Assembly (NCBI GenBank): GCA_039819605.1
Contig: JBCBRR010000001.1
Coordinates: 1 to 34,357 of the forward strand
Length of the DNA: 34,357 nucleotides
Direction of reading: 5' to 3'
Origin: Bacteroidota bacterium
GTDB taxonomy: Bacteria > Bacteroidota > Bacteroidia > Cytophagales > Amoebophilaceae
Shown in pieces: positions 7,131-16,419 of the stretch (position 1 is its first letter; every line of letters begins with the position of its first letter). Under the pieces are notes generated by a model that had not been told where the DNA came from, made no database searches, and saw only the letters and a program-made list of their open reading frames with translations. The translations under genes and the position numbers were made by a program.

Positions 7131-10010
7131 TTGCCTGTGACCACCCCATCTTCCACAACCCCACTCGCTGAGCCGACAAATAACGCGCCCAATAACCCTG
7201 ACCAAGTAGAGGTCTGGGGGGCTCGAGAGCACAATCTCAAAAACCTGGACGTATCCTTCCCTAGAAATAAGCTGGTAGTTGTTACAGGCATCAGCGGCAG
7301 CGGCAAGTCTTCGTTGGCTTTCGATACCATTTATGCCGAAGGGCAGCGAAGGTACATGGAGAGCTTCTCTGCCTACACACGCAACTTTTTAGGCAACCTA
7401 GAGCGCCCAGATGTAGATAAGGTAGATGGCCTCAGCCCAGTAATTGCCATCGAGCAGAAAACTACGTCACGCAATCCGCGCTCAACGGTAGGTACTACCA
7501 CCGAAATCTATGACTACATGCGGCTCCTGTTTGCTAGGATATCCGAAGCTTACTCTTACCAAAGTGGTCAAAAAATGGTCAAGCAGACCGAACAACAAAT
7601 AGCCCAGCATATACTGGCCGCTTTCCCAAGCCAGACGATCACTTTGTTAGCTCCTGTTGTCAAGGGCAGAAAAGGCCAGCATAAAGAACTGCTGCAGCGC
7701 ATCCACAAGATGGGGTTCACCAAAATTACCGTCAATAGATCTGTCCGGACGGTGTCCCCTAAAATGGAGCTTGACCGATACAAGACCCATGAGATATGCA
7801 TTGTTATCGATCGCTTGTCCATAGATGAGCATGATGAGCGTTTGCGCAATTCTTTGGCCTCTGCGCTCAAGCATGGGAAAGGCATAATCATTGTCCAAGA
7901 CCAAAAAGGCCAATGGTATCATTTTTCTAACACACTTATCGATCCTACCACGGGGCTCTCCTACGACGAACCTGCCCCCAACAGTTTCTCGTTTAACTCG
8001 CCTTATGGGGCATGCTCCACTTGTCATGGCCTAGGTACACAACAAGTGATCGACGTCGAAGCGCTCATGCCTGACAAGACCTTGAGTATCAACCAGGGGG
8101 GTATTCACCTGCTCGGGGAGGAAGCTAAAGAAGAGGGAGTCTTCAAAAGCATGGCAACCGCACTCAAGAAGTACCACATGAGCCTAGATACACCCCTCCA
8201 AAATATACCTCCGCAGATCATCCACTTCCTCCTGTATGGGCGGGAAAAGTCCACTATCGCCGGTGTTGTCGATAAGAAAATGCCACTGACTACCTCGCGT
8301 ACCCAGTTCGCAGGTATCATTCCCTTTCTCCAGCAGAATTATCAACGACGCAGAACGCCTAAAATGATCGCTGAGTACGACAACCATCTATGTACCCAGC
8401 TATGCCCTACCTGTCACGGCGCACGCCTAAAAAAGACTTCTCTCTACTTCAAAATAGCGGACAAAAATATTGCCCAGCTGGTAGCCATGGACATGCAACA
8501 GCTGTATGACTGGTTTGGTGAGCTGGAGCCCCAGCTCAGCGACAGGCAGCAGGCCATAGGTACAGAAATCATCGAAGAAATCCGAAAACGCATCCAGTTT
8601 TTACTCGACGTAGGCCTACACTACCTACAGCTGGATAGGTCCTTACAAACCTTGTCAGGCGGAGAAGCGCAGCGTATCCGGCTGGCTACCCAAATAGGCA
8701 CACAACTGGTAGGGGTTTTGTATATCCTGGATGAACCCAGCATTGGCCTACACCAGCGTGATAACAAACGCCTCACCCAAGCTTTACACAATCTGAGAGA
8801 TTTAGGCAATTCTGTCCTTATCGTGGAGCATGATAAGGACATGATGCTAGAAGCCGACTACATCATCGACATAGGCCCAGGTGCTGGCAAACACGGAGGG
8901 CAGGTAGTTGCCGCCGGTTCGACATCGGATTTTCTGACGCAGCCAGGGCTTACCGCTGATTTTATAACGGGCAAGCGCCAAGTACCCGTACCCGCGACGC
9001 GGCGAGCTGGCAATGGCACGTACTTGCAGGTGAGGGGCTGTAGTGGCCATAACCTCAAGCAGACTACGTTACGCATACCCCTAGGCAAGATGATTGGCAT
9101 TACAGGCGTATCTGGGAGTGGTAAATCTACCCTCATTCACGAAACCTTGCTACCTATATTGCAAAAGTATTTGTACAGCACCTATACTACTCCCATGCCT
9201 TACCAGGAAGTATCTGGGCTGGAAAACATCGACAAAGTCATTGAAATAGACCAAAAGCCCATCGGCAGGACACCCCGCTCCAACCCGGCTACGTATACAG
9301 GTGTATTTACAGGCATCCGCAATCTATTTACCCTTTTGCCCGAGGCAAAAACACGGGGTTACAAACCTGGTCACTTCTCGTTTAATGTCAAAGGTGGCCG
9401 GTGCGAAACTTGTCAAGGGGCTGGTATGAAGGTGATAGAAATGGATTTTTTGCCCAACGTACAGGTGTTCTGCGAGACCTGCCGGGGAAAGCGTTACAAT
9501 CGGCAGCTCCTGGAGGTACGCTACAAGGGCAAATCCATAGCCGACGTGTTGGACATGACTGTCAGCAACGGTGTCACATTCTTTGAAAAGTACCCGGGTA
9601 TCCGCAAGGTCATCCGGACCTTGGACGACGTAGGCCTAGGCTACATTACGCTGGGGCAACATGCCACAACGCTCTCGGGGGGTGAGGCGCAGCGTGTAAA
9701 GCTGGCCTCCGAACTGGCTAAGCGCGATACCTCCCAAACACTATACATCCTGGATGAGCCTACCACAGGGTTACACTTTCAGGACATTCAGCATTTGCTA
9801 GGCGTACTCCACAAACTGGTCGACAAAGGCAATACGGTGATTATTGTAGAACATAACCTAGACATCATCAAGGCGGTAGACTATATCATTGACATAGGGC
9901 CAGAGGGGGGGGTACACGGTGGCCAAATCGTGGCCGAAGGTACCCCAGAAGAAGTGGCTAGACACCCACGTAGCTACACTGGGCAGTTTTTAAAAGAGGT
10001 ACTCCCCTAA
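7131..10010 (+). CDS. uvrA: Excinuclease ABC subunit UvrA
   Basis: 959 aa. Two ABC modules (Walker A GISGSGKSSLAFDT and GVSGSGKSTLIHET; LSGGEAQR signature twice; LYILDEP Walker B twice) and CxxC zinc modules (CSTCHG, CPTCHG, CETCQG, CETCRG). The start is uncertain: TTG 7131 or GTG 7137. There is no in-frame ATG before the conserved WGAREHNLKN. Confidence 0.95.
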   Translation: MPVTTPSSTTPLAEPTNNAPNNPDQVEVWGAREHNLKNLDVSFPRNKLVVVTGISGSGKSSLAFDTIYAEGQRRYMESFSAYTRNFLGNLERPDVDKVDGLSPVIAIEQKTTSRNPRSTVGTTTEIYDYMRLLFARISEAYSYQSGQKMVKQTEQQIAQHILAAFPSQTITLLAPVVKGRKGQHKELLQRIHKMGFTKITVNRSVRTVSPKMELDRYKTHEICIVIDRLSIDEHDERLRNSLASALKHGKGIIIVQDQKGQWYHFSNTLIDPTTGLSYDEPAPNSFSFNSPYGACSTCHGLGTQQVIDVEALMPDKTLSINQGGIHLLGEEAKEEGVFKSMATALKKYHMSLDTPLQNIPPQIIHFLLYGREKSTIAGVVDKKMPLTTSRTQFAGIIPFLQQNYQRRRTPKMIAEYDNHLCTQLCPTCHGARLKKTSLYFKIADKNIAQLVAMDMQQLYDWFGELEPQLSDRQQAIGTEIIEEIRKRIQFLLDVGLHYLQLDRSLQTLSGGEAQRIRLATQIGTQLVGVLYILDEPSIGLHQRDNKRLTQALHNLRDLGNSVLIVEHDKDMMLEADYIIDIGPGAGKHGGQVVAAGSTSDFLTQPGLTADFITGKRQVPVPATRRAGNGTYLQVRGCSGHNLKQTTLRIPLGKMIGITGVSGSGKSTLIHETLLPILQKYLYSTYTTPMPYQEVSGLENIDKVIEIDQKPIGRTPRSNPATYTGVFTGIRNLFTLLPEAKTRGYKPGHFSFNVKGGRCETCQGAGMKVIEMDFLPNVQVFCETCRGKRYNRQLLEVRYKGKSIADVLDMTVSNGVTFFEKYPGIRKVIRTLDDVGLGYITLGQHATTLSGGEAQRVKLASELAKRDTSQTLYILDEPTTGLHFQDIQHLLGVLHKLVDKGNTVIIVEHNLDIIKAVDYIIDIGPEGGVHGGQIVAEGTPEEVARHPRSYTGQFLKEVLP

Positions 10011-10060
10011 GGAACTTCCAACAGCTACCTTGATCCCCAGCTGATGCGGTTACAGCGCAT

Positions 10061-10654
10061 ATGCTCAAGCCTTACTACAGGTTATCATGCGTAGAGGCAG
10101 GCTGTGATGAAGCGGGTCGAGGGTGCTTGGCAGGTCCTGTCGTGGCAGCGGCTGTAGTGCTCCCGAAAGACTACTTTCATCCGCTTCTCAATGACTCTAA
10201 GCAGCTCAGCCCTGCCCAACGATTGCAGGTCAACAAATCGATACAGCAAGCAGCTGTCGACTGGGCCATTGGCTCAGCAAGCCCCGAAGAGATTGACCAG
10301 ATCAATATCTTGTGCGCCACTTGGCTGGCGATGCACCGGGCTATTGCGGCCCTCAGACAACCTCCTGAACTGTTGCTTATCGATGGGCCTCGGTTTCAGC
10401 CCTACCCAAACATTCCGCATGTGTGTATCATTCGGGGAGATGCCCAAATGAGTGCCATTGCCGCTGCTTCTGTCTTGGCTAAAGTGTGCCGAGATGCCCA
10501 CATGTGTACACTAGCCGCGCAATATCCGGGCTACGCCTGGGAAAGGAATATGGGCTACCCGACACAAGCCCATCGGAATGCCCTGAGAGAGCTTGGCCTT
10601 ACGCCCCATCACCGCAGGAGCTACATGCCAGTACGTAAGGTGTGCGGTAAATGA
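10061..10654 (+). CDS. rnhB: Ribonuclease HII
   Basis: 197 aa. GCDEAGRGCLAGPVV catalytic motif near the N-terminus, DSKQLS, IDG....., ASVLAK and GYP motifs in RNase HII order. Confidence 0.9.
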   Translation: MLKPYYRLSCVEAGCDEAGRGCLAGPVVAAAVVLPKDYFHPLLNDSKQLSPAQRLQVNKSIQQAAVDWAIGSASPEEIDQINILCATWLAMHRAIAALRQPPELLLIDGPRFQPYPNIPHVCIIRGDAQMSAIAAASVLAKVCRDAHMCTLAAQYPGYAWERNMGYPTQAHRNALRELGLTPHHRRSYMPVRKVCGK

Positions 10655-10674
10655 GCCAAGGAATTGCCTGGTTA

Positions 10675-10708
10675 CTCAGGCCGACCTTATGGGCTGCTCT
10701 TGCCTGAG
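10675..10708. terminator. Weak inverted repeat between the convergent rnhB and doxX-like genes
   Basis: ctcaggc(10675-10681) pairs with gcctgag(10702-10708): a 7-bp stem with a 20-nt loop. No T-run. Confidence 0.2.
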
Positions 10709-10754
10709 CAAGACAGCGCCCGTACGAATTGAGGTACTCGTTATGACCTATATT

Positions 10755-11189
10755 TCACGGAAAGTACCCCGTATGGTGTAGCTCTAACAGTACCAAAGAT
10801 ATCCATATAAAGACACTTTTGCCGAAGGACTGCCAAGGGGTCAGCGGCAAGTAGGTACCCAAGCAACCGCAGGTAGGCATGCGCCTGTACACTGCTGTAT
10901 ACAACGTGAGGCCCATAAAGAAGCTAGTCAATACCAGCAGAGCGGCCCGAGTACATTGCCCATAACATCCGTATAGCAGGCAGAGACCCAGCAAAACCTC
11001 TGCACAGGATAGGGCCCAGGCTATGGCCCACCGCATAGGAGCTAGCTTACGGAATAGGGTTGTGAAATCAGTAGCAAAAACTTCACAATAATCCTCTATT
11101 TTTTGGGCAAATGTGGATACCTGACTCAGCTTAGCAGCTCCAGAACCTATAAATACCAGGCTGATCCCTGCGTTGAGTACCTGATACAT
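10755..11189 (-). CDS. DoxX/MauE-family small integral membrane protein
   Basis: 144 aa with four hydrophobic segments and a CGCLG motif typical of MauE/DoxX-type membrane proteins. It sits immediately downstream of the DUF1599 gene (10-nt gap, same strand). Confidence 0.6.
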   Translation of the reverse strand: MYQVLNAGISLVFIGSGAAKLSQVSTFAQKIEDYCEVFATDFTTLFRKLAPMRWAIAWALSCAEVLLGLCLLYGCYGQCTRAALLVLTSFFMGLTLYTAVYRRMPTCGCLGTYLPLTPWQSFGKSVFIWISLVLLELHHTGYFP

Positions 11190-11198
11190 GGGGATTAC

Positions 11199-11777
11199 CT
11201 ACGGGCACGGCGCTGCCTGCTTCAGTGACGCAAACACCGCATAATTGATAATGTCCTGATAGTTGGAGGCTACTCCCTCCGAGGCACATGTTTGGTTTGC
11301 ATTGTCCTCTATGCGTTTGATGCGCAGTAGCTTCATAAGTATGATGTCGATGATCGAGCTGCAACGCATGGCGCGCCAGGCCTCTCCATAGTCATGGTTC
11401 TTGGCCTCTAGCAGCTGCATGGTCTCTGCCACTACGTTATCGTAATGTTTTTGTAAGTCTGCCTCAGGCATCTGCAAGGGCTCGTGAGCAGCCAGGCGAA
11501 TCTGTATGAGGGCAATGATACCGTAGTTAATGATACCGATGAGCTCCGTTTGCAGGCTGTCCGCAACCCGCTGCTGCCCCTTGTCGCTGATCGACCTGAT
11601 GCGTTGTGCTTTGATCATAATCTGATCTGTGATAGCAGGTAACCGCAGGATACGCCATGCCGTGCCATAGTCCTTGTGCTTCTTCTGAAATACTGCTTGG
11701 CAAGCCTGCATGACATCGCTGTACGATGCGAGAGATGGCTGTTGTCGGGGCATATGTGTATCCAAAACCTGTGGCAA
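11199..11777 (-). CDS. Tandem DUF1599 domain protein
   Basis: 192 aa with two internal copies of the DUF1599 signature (KDYGTAWRILRLPAITDQIMIKAQRIRSI and HDYGEAWRAMRCSSIIDIILMKLLRIKRIE). Confidence 0.7.
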   Translation of the reverse strand: MPQVLDTHMPRQQPSLASYSDVMQACQAVFQKKHKDYGTAWRILRLPAITDQIMIKAQRIRSISDKGQQRVADSLQTELIGIINYGIIALIQIRLAAHEPLQMPEADLQKHYDNVVAETMQLLEAKNHDYGEAWRAMRCSSIIDIILMKLLRIKRIEDNANQTCASEGVASNYQDIINYAVFASLKQAAPCP

Positions 11778-11863
11778 TAACCTGCCTGCTAGGCCGCAGA
11801 TGCGTGATTTATCTAGTGCACAGGATGGGTCATATCTATTTTTCGTAACTTGACGGGCTTTTG

Positions 11864-11871
11864 CAAAAATA
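11864..11871 (-). promoter_or_regulatory. Candidate -7 promoter box (TAnnTTTG) for the DUF1599/doxX operon
   Basis: Plus-strand caaaaata reads TATTTTTG on the minus strand, ~87 nt upstream of the DUF1599 start. It overlaps a 10-bp palindrome ttttgcaaaa (11859-11868). Confidence 0.3.
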
Positions 11872-11947
11872 GCGCCCTATTTCTAAACATGAAGACAACC
11901 TATCTTTCATTAGCTAGCCGACCCAGTGCTAGCCGTTTTTGTTACCT

Positions 11948-12742
11948 ATGCTGTTGAACATGGTTTCACTACCCGTTCGATTTACCCATCTACTGGATCT
12001 GTTACTGGTCGGGTTATTGGCCTATCAGGTCTACAGGCTGATTAAGGATACGTTAGCCTTTCGTATCTGCCTGGGAGGCCTCCTCTTGTACGCCCTGTAC
12101 AGGATAGCCAAAGCCACGCAAATGCCTTTATTGACGTACTTATTGGGCCACTTGATGCATGTGAGTACGTTGGCTATCCTCATATTGTTTCAGTACGAGA
12201 TACGTAAGTTTCTTTCCTTGCTCAGCACCCCTTTTACCAAAGGTAGCAAAGCGTGGCCCAGGTACTATCCCTGGACCAGAAAAAGGGACGAATCCACCTC
12301 CTATACCATAACCGCCATCATAGAAGCTGCTAAAGCCTTGGGTAGGACAAACACAGGGGCGCTCATTGTGTTGTCTAAGCATGCTGATTTGAAGTTTTAT
12401 ATAGAATCTGGCGAGGCCCTCAGCAGTGTTGTCTCCAAGCGGCTGCTCTTAGCCATCCTACACAATAAAAGCCCGCTGCACGATGGGGCCGTGATTATCT
12501 ACCAGGGCAAAATCGTGGCGGCCCGATGTATATTACCCGTTACAGAACAGCAAAGCTTATCGGCCCGGTTCGGGATCAGGCACAGGGCAGCCATTGGTAT
12601 GTCAGAAGCGACAGACACCTTGGTGCTCGTGGTTTCGGAAGAGACGGGTGAAATCTCAGTGGCTACAAAGGGCATTCTAGAGAATAACCTCTCAGCACAA
12701 GAACTTAGGACAGCCATCAACCAGTATTTCTATCCGCACTAA
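11948..12742 (+). CDS. cdaA: Diadenylate cyclase CdaA (c-di-AMP synthase)
   Basis: N-terminal hydrophobic helices followed by a DAC domain with the HDGAVII (DGA) and RHRAAIGMSE (RHR) motifs and VSEETGEISVA. The ORF track starts at TTG 11939. The in-frame ATG at 11948 is preferred. Confidence 0.9.
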   Translation: MLLNMVSLPVRFTHLLDLLLVGLLAYQVYRLIKDTLAFRICLGGLLLYALYRIAKATQMPLLTYLLGHLMHVSTLAILILFQYEIRKFLSLLSTPFTKGSKAWPRYYPWTRKRDESTSYTITAIIEAAKALGRTNTGALIVLSKHADLKFYIESGEALSSVVSKRLLLAILHNKSPLHDGAVIIYQGKIVAARCILPVTEQQSLSARFGIRHRAAIGMSEATDTLVLVVSEETGEISVATKGILENNLSAQELRTAINQYFYPH

Positions 12743-12842
12743 CACGATGCCTACTGGGTCAGGGCAGGTATATGACGGTATGGGATGCCAAGTTTGTGCT
12801 ATGCCGTGGCTATCTTTGCAGCTGCACTAGCTGCATTCCACC

Positions 12843-13820
12843 ATGCGAGAGATATCTTTTCGGCAAGCCCTTCGCGAAGCCATGAGCGAAGAAATGGCCC
12901 AAGATCCTACCATTTTCCTGATGGGTGAGGAAGTTGCTGAATACAATGGGGCCTACAAGGTGAGTGCGGGTATGTTGAGCGAGTTTGGCCCACAGCGTGT
13001 CATCGATACCCCCATCTCTGAGCTGGGCTTTGCTGGGCTCGGCGTTGGGGCAGCTATGAATGGCCTACGCCCCATCATAGAGTTTATGACCTTTAATTTT
13101 TCGCTTGTCGGCATTGATCCCATTATCAACTCGGCCGCTAAGATACACAGTATGTCGGGGGGGCAGTTTTGTATACCTATTGTTTTTAGAGGGCCTACCG
13201 GCAATGCGGGCATGTTGGGTGCCCAGCACTCCCAGAATTTTGAAAGTTGGTATGCCAGCTGCCCAGGGCTCAAAGTAGTAGTCCCTGCCAATCCGTACGA
13301 TGCCAAGGGCTTGCTCAAGTCGGCCATCCGAGACGATGACCCTGTCATCTTCATGGAATCAGAGCTCATGTATGGTGACAAAGGCACAGTGCCCGAAGAT
13401 ACCTATTGTTTGCCCATTGGGCAGGCTCAAGTTGTTACATCTGGCCATGATGTGACGCTGGTTTCGTTTGGCAAAATGATGAAAGTAGCCGGGGAGGCAG
13501 CGCGCACACTGCAAGACCAAGATGTATCTGTAGAGCTGATCGATCTCAGGACTGTGCGGCCGCTAGATCTCGCTTGCATTTTTGCATCTGTACAAAAAAC
13601 GAATCGATTGGTAATTGTAGAAGAAGCCTGGCCGTTGGGTTCCATAGCCTCTGAAATAGCTTATCAGGTCCAGAAGCATGTCTTTGACTACCTAGACGCT
13701 CCCATACAGAAGGTCAATAGCGCAGATGTGCCGCTATCCTATGCCCCCACTTTGATACAAGAAACCTTGCCCAACGTAAATAAAGTTGTGCAAGCCTTAC
13801 GAGCTGTCCTACACTGCTGA
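12843..13820 (+). CDS. pdhB: Pyruvate (2-oxoacid) dehydrogenase E1 component beta subunit
   Basis: 325 aa. MGEEVAEYNGAYKVS, VIDTPISELGFAG, FMTFNF, and DLRTVRPLD in the C-terminal transketolase-like domain. No alpha-subunit gene is adjacent. Confidence 0.9.
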   Translation: MREISFRQALREAMSEEMAQDPTIFLMGEEVAEYNGAYKVSAGMLSEFGPQRVIDTPISELGFAGLGVGAAMNGLRPIIEFMTFNFSLVGIDPIINSAAKIHSMSGGQFCIPIVFRGPTGNAGMLGAQHSQNFESWYASCPGLKVVVPANPYDAKGLLKSAIRDDDPVIFMESELMYGDKGTVPEDTYCLPIGQAQVVTSGHDVTLVSFGKMMKVAGEAARTLQDQDVSVELIDLRTVRPLDLACIFASVQKTNRLVIVEEAWPLGSIASEIAYQVQKHVFDYLDAPIQKVNSADVPLSYAPTLIQETLPNVNKVVQALRAVLHC

Positions 13821-13827
13821 GGTTATT

Positions 13828-14262
13828 GTGGAAGTAAAAATCGTCAACCATACCCAACATCCCCTGCCGTCCTACGCCACGGCGGGTGCCAGTGGCTTAG
13901 ATTTAAGGGCCTACCTAACAGCCCCCATTGTTATGCGTCCCTTGCAAAGAGCCTTGATAGGTACTGGAATACACATAGCCCTGCCGCCAGGTACGGAGGC
14001 GCAAGTACGCTCTAGGAGTGGGCTAGCGCTCAAACACGGCATTACGGTACTGAACAGCCCAGGCACCATTGACTCAGACTATCGGGGCGAAATTCACGCA
14101 CTCTTGATCAATCTATCTGACCAGCCCTTTACAGTCCATGATGGCGAACGCATTGCGCAGCTGATCGTGAGTCAGTACGTCTCGATTCGTTGGGTACCTG
14201 TACAAGTACTCGATGCAACGACTAGGGGCACACGTGGCTACGGCAGTACGGGTGTAACTTGA
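13828..14262 (+). CDS. dut: dUTP diphosphatase
   Basis: All five dUTPase motifs are present (AGASGLDLRA, RSGLALKHGI, GTIDSDYRGEI, GERIAQL, RGTRGYGSTG). GTG 13828 gives the canonical N-terminus (VEVKIVN...) 7 nt after the pdhB stop. The ATG at 13786 in the ORF track lies inside pdhB. Confidence 0.9.
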   Translation: MEVKIVNHTQHPLPSYATAGASGLDLRAYLTAPIVMRPLQRALIGTGIHIALPPGTEAQVRSRSGLALKHGITVLNSPGTIDSDYRGEIHALLINLSDQPFTVHDGERIAQLIVSQYVSIRWVPVQVLDATTRGTRGYGSTGVT

Positions 14263-14278
14263 GCTACCTACAAGTCCT

Positions 14279-15307
14279 GTGATTAAGGTCATTATACCTA
14301 TGGCGGGCCGTGGTACGCGCATGTTGCCGCACACATTGCATCAGCCCAAAGGATGCATTTCCCTCTTAGGGAAGCCCATCGTAGCGCACCAGATAGAACA
14401 GCTACAGACCCTGTGTGCGGGCCGGATAGGCGACATTGGGTTTGTATTGAGCCAGCGTCAGCCTCCCTTAGAAGCTGCCCTAGCCGCCATTGCGCAACGT
14501 GTGGGGGCTAGGCCTCACTTCTACACACAGCCTACTGCCGTGGGTACGGCGCATGCCATCTCTTGCGCCAGCAGCCTACTAGCTGGAGAAGTGCTCATTG
14601 CCTTTGTAGATACCCTATTTGAAGCTAGTGTGCCGTTAGATAACCCCCAAAAAAACATCATCTGGGTAAAGCAGGTAGAAAATCCATCCGCCTTTGGCGT
14701 TGTGGTATTGGATAAACAACAGCGTATTGTTGATTTTGTAGAAAAACCGACTAGCTTCGTCAGTCCTTGGGCCATGGTGGGTCTCTACTACTTTAGAGAA
14801 GGGTGCCACCTACGCGAAGCCATTCAGGTATGCCTGGCGCGAGGTACCCCCCAAGGAGGTGAGTACCCACTCACAACTGTGCTAGCCGCCATGCAAAAAG
14901 AGGGCAAGCCATTTGCCATGCATACGGTAGACCAATGGCTAGATTGTGGTAACAAAGCCGCGTTATTGCATGCGCATCGGCACCTGCTTAGTGCTGCTCA
15001 ACAAACCCAGCCCTTGGTGGCGCCTACAGCGCAGCTCCACAACAGCCTGATTGTACCTCCTGTATATTTGGGGGAAAAAGTTAGCCTTGACCATGCTATC
15101 GTTGGCCCCTACGTTTCCGTAGGAGACTACAGTCAGCTACGCAATACTTGTATCCAGCATAGTATTGTGCAGGAACACACGCTGATCAGCCATGCACATC
15201 TCCAAAATTCTACCGTAGGCAGCCATGTGACCCTAGCTGGGCAAGTAACAGAATGCCACCTGGCAGACTATGTCACGTCTGTGGAGCGCAGGGGCTACAC
15301 AGATTAG
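14279..15307 (+). CDS. Sugar-phosphate nucleotidyltransferase family protein with a C-terminal hexapeptide-like domain
   Basis: 342 aa. GTG start. N-terminal IIPMAGRGTRM nucleotide-binding loop, FVEKP motif, and a C-terminal region with short I/V/L-G-x repeats. The substrate cannot be assigned from sequence. Confidence 0.75.
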   Translation: MIKVIIPMAGRGTRMLPHTLHQPKGCISLLGKPIVAHQIEQLQTLCAGRIGDIGFVLSQRQPPLEAALAAIAQRVGARPHFYTQPTAVGTAHAISCASSLLAGEVLIAFVDTLFEASVPLDNPQKNIIWVKQVENPSAFGVVVLDKQQRIVDFVEKPTSFVSPWAMVGLYYFREGCHLREAIQVCLARGTPQGGEYPLTTVLAAMQKEGKPFAMHTVDQWLDCGNKAALLHAHRHLLSAAQQTQPLVAPTAQLHNSLIVPPVYLGEKVSLDHAIVGPYVSVGDYSQLRNTCIQHSIVQEHTLISHAHLQNSTVGSHVTLAGQVTECHLADYVTSVERRGYTD

Positions 15308-15420
15308 CAAGTAGAAAATGGCTATTATTGTAGATATGCTCTACTGACGTTTGGACATATCTTACCCCCTGTCTATATTGCCGTGAATTTCCTATTATTA
15401 ACCAATCTTAAAGCCAAAAC

Positions 15421-16398
15421 ATGAAGAAAATCGTTGCCATACTTATCGTGGTAGCCCTTGCTCCGCATGCACAAGGTGCAGCGGGCGCCAAACCCGAAAA
15501 ACAAGCCATCCGCAACATGAAGACCTCTACGGGTCCAGGAACATCTAGGTCTGCTCGTGCGAGGACGCAGCCTAAAAAGACCAAAAAGAATAGCCCCAAA
15601 GCTGTAACAAAGGCTGCAAGGGTTGCGAAACCGGTAGCACAGCCTTCAAGGTCGGCTACAAGCGGGCAAAGGCAGGCCCATCAGAAACCAGGAGATGGGC
15701 CGAGGCGGCAACCTACCGCAAGACGCAAAACGGCGGCACAAGAAGAGAAGGATTTGATAAAAAAGTGGCAGCAGTACAAAGCCGACATGGAGCCTTTGCA
15801 GCTGAAAGACCTGATAGAAGAAAATCATAGATTGAAGACCCAAAATCGGAAGATGGATGTCACGCTAGCGGAGCTGTTGGTAAAGCTTACATCGAGCGAG
15901 GAAAAGGCAAAAGCTGCCGAAAAGTACCGAAGCCAGATGCAGGAACTCCAGCATCAGTTGGATATCCTACGGCAAGCTACCCTAAGCCAGGGTGATATAC
16001 CCCCCAGCTTGGACGACCTATCACCCGATAACTATCGCGTTGACACAGCTAGTGGAAAAGTCTTTGTCAACGGTATATGGGATACCAGATATGGTGTAGA
16101 TCCTCAGACTGGTAAGGCTTTTACTAGGGGTGTCGTCTTCAGGGTGCAGATAAGTGCTAGCAAAGAAGAAGATTTAGCGTCAGTGTTGGTGAGTGATAAT
16201 CAGCAACCCAACCTAGTGCAGGAAAAGATAGAAGGTGTCAACAAGTACACCTTAGGCCACTTCCGGAACTACCATCAGGCCGATCGGCTTAAAAAAGGCC
16301 TGCGCAATATGGGTATAACTAGCGCCTGGATTGTGCCTTTCAAAGATGGGCAGCGAGTACCCTTGAGAGAAGTGTTAGATGTGGTCCTCGACCAGTAA
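15421..16398 (+). CDS. Secreted SPOR-domain (peptidoglycan-binding) protein with a basic low-complexity region and a coiled coil
   Basis: Signal peptide MKKIVAILIVVALAPHAQG-AA. A ~90-aa K/R/P/A-rich stretch. A heptad-like segment (KADMEPLQLKDLIEENHRLKTQNRKMDVTLAELLVKL...QMQELQHQLDILRQ). A C-terminal SPOR-like fold signature (FRVQISAS....YTLGHFRNYHQADRLKKGLRNMGITSAWIVPF). Confidence 0.75.
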   Translation: MKKIVAILIVVALAPHAQGAAGAKPEKQAIRNMKTSTGPGTSRSARARTQPKKTKKNSPKAVTKAARVAKPVAQPSRSATSGQRQAHQKPGDGPRRQPTARRKTAAQEEKDLIKKWQQYKADMEPLQLKDLIEENHRLKTQNRKMDVTLAELLVKLTSSEEKAKAAEKYRSQMQELQHQLDILRQATLSQGDIPPSLDDLSPDNYRVDTASGKVFVNGIWDTRYGVDPQTGKAFTRGVVFRVQISASKEEDLASVLVSDNQQPNLVQEKIEGVNKYTLGHFRNYHQADRLKKGLRNMGITSAWIVPFKDGQRVPLREVLDVVLDQ

Positions 16399-16419
16399 GG
16401 TAACCCCTGCTGATTCATT

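Noticed and set aside
7568-8027. Antisense ORFs of 107 and 126 aa inside uvrA. Comparable shadow ORFs occur inside other genes (e.g. 2228-2503, 8858-9136, 12953-13387, 26142-26495, 29808-30197).
   Set aside because: All are nested in or antisense to long ORFs with strong family motifs, and none carries a motif of its own. These are typical shadow ORFs.
11859-11868. A perfect 10-bp palindrome ttttgcaaaa in the divergent DUF1599/cdaA promoter region, as a possible operator.
   Set aside because: It is too short and AT-rich to distinguish from chance, and it largely coincides with the candidate -7 box. It is kept only as a note under that feature.
13786-13827. The ATG 13786 start for dut, which overlaps pdhB.
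   Set aside because: The 14 extra residues have no counterpart in dUTPases. GTG 13828 lies 7 nt after the pdhB stop and gives a canonical N-terminus.
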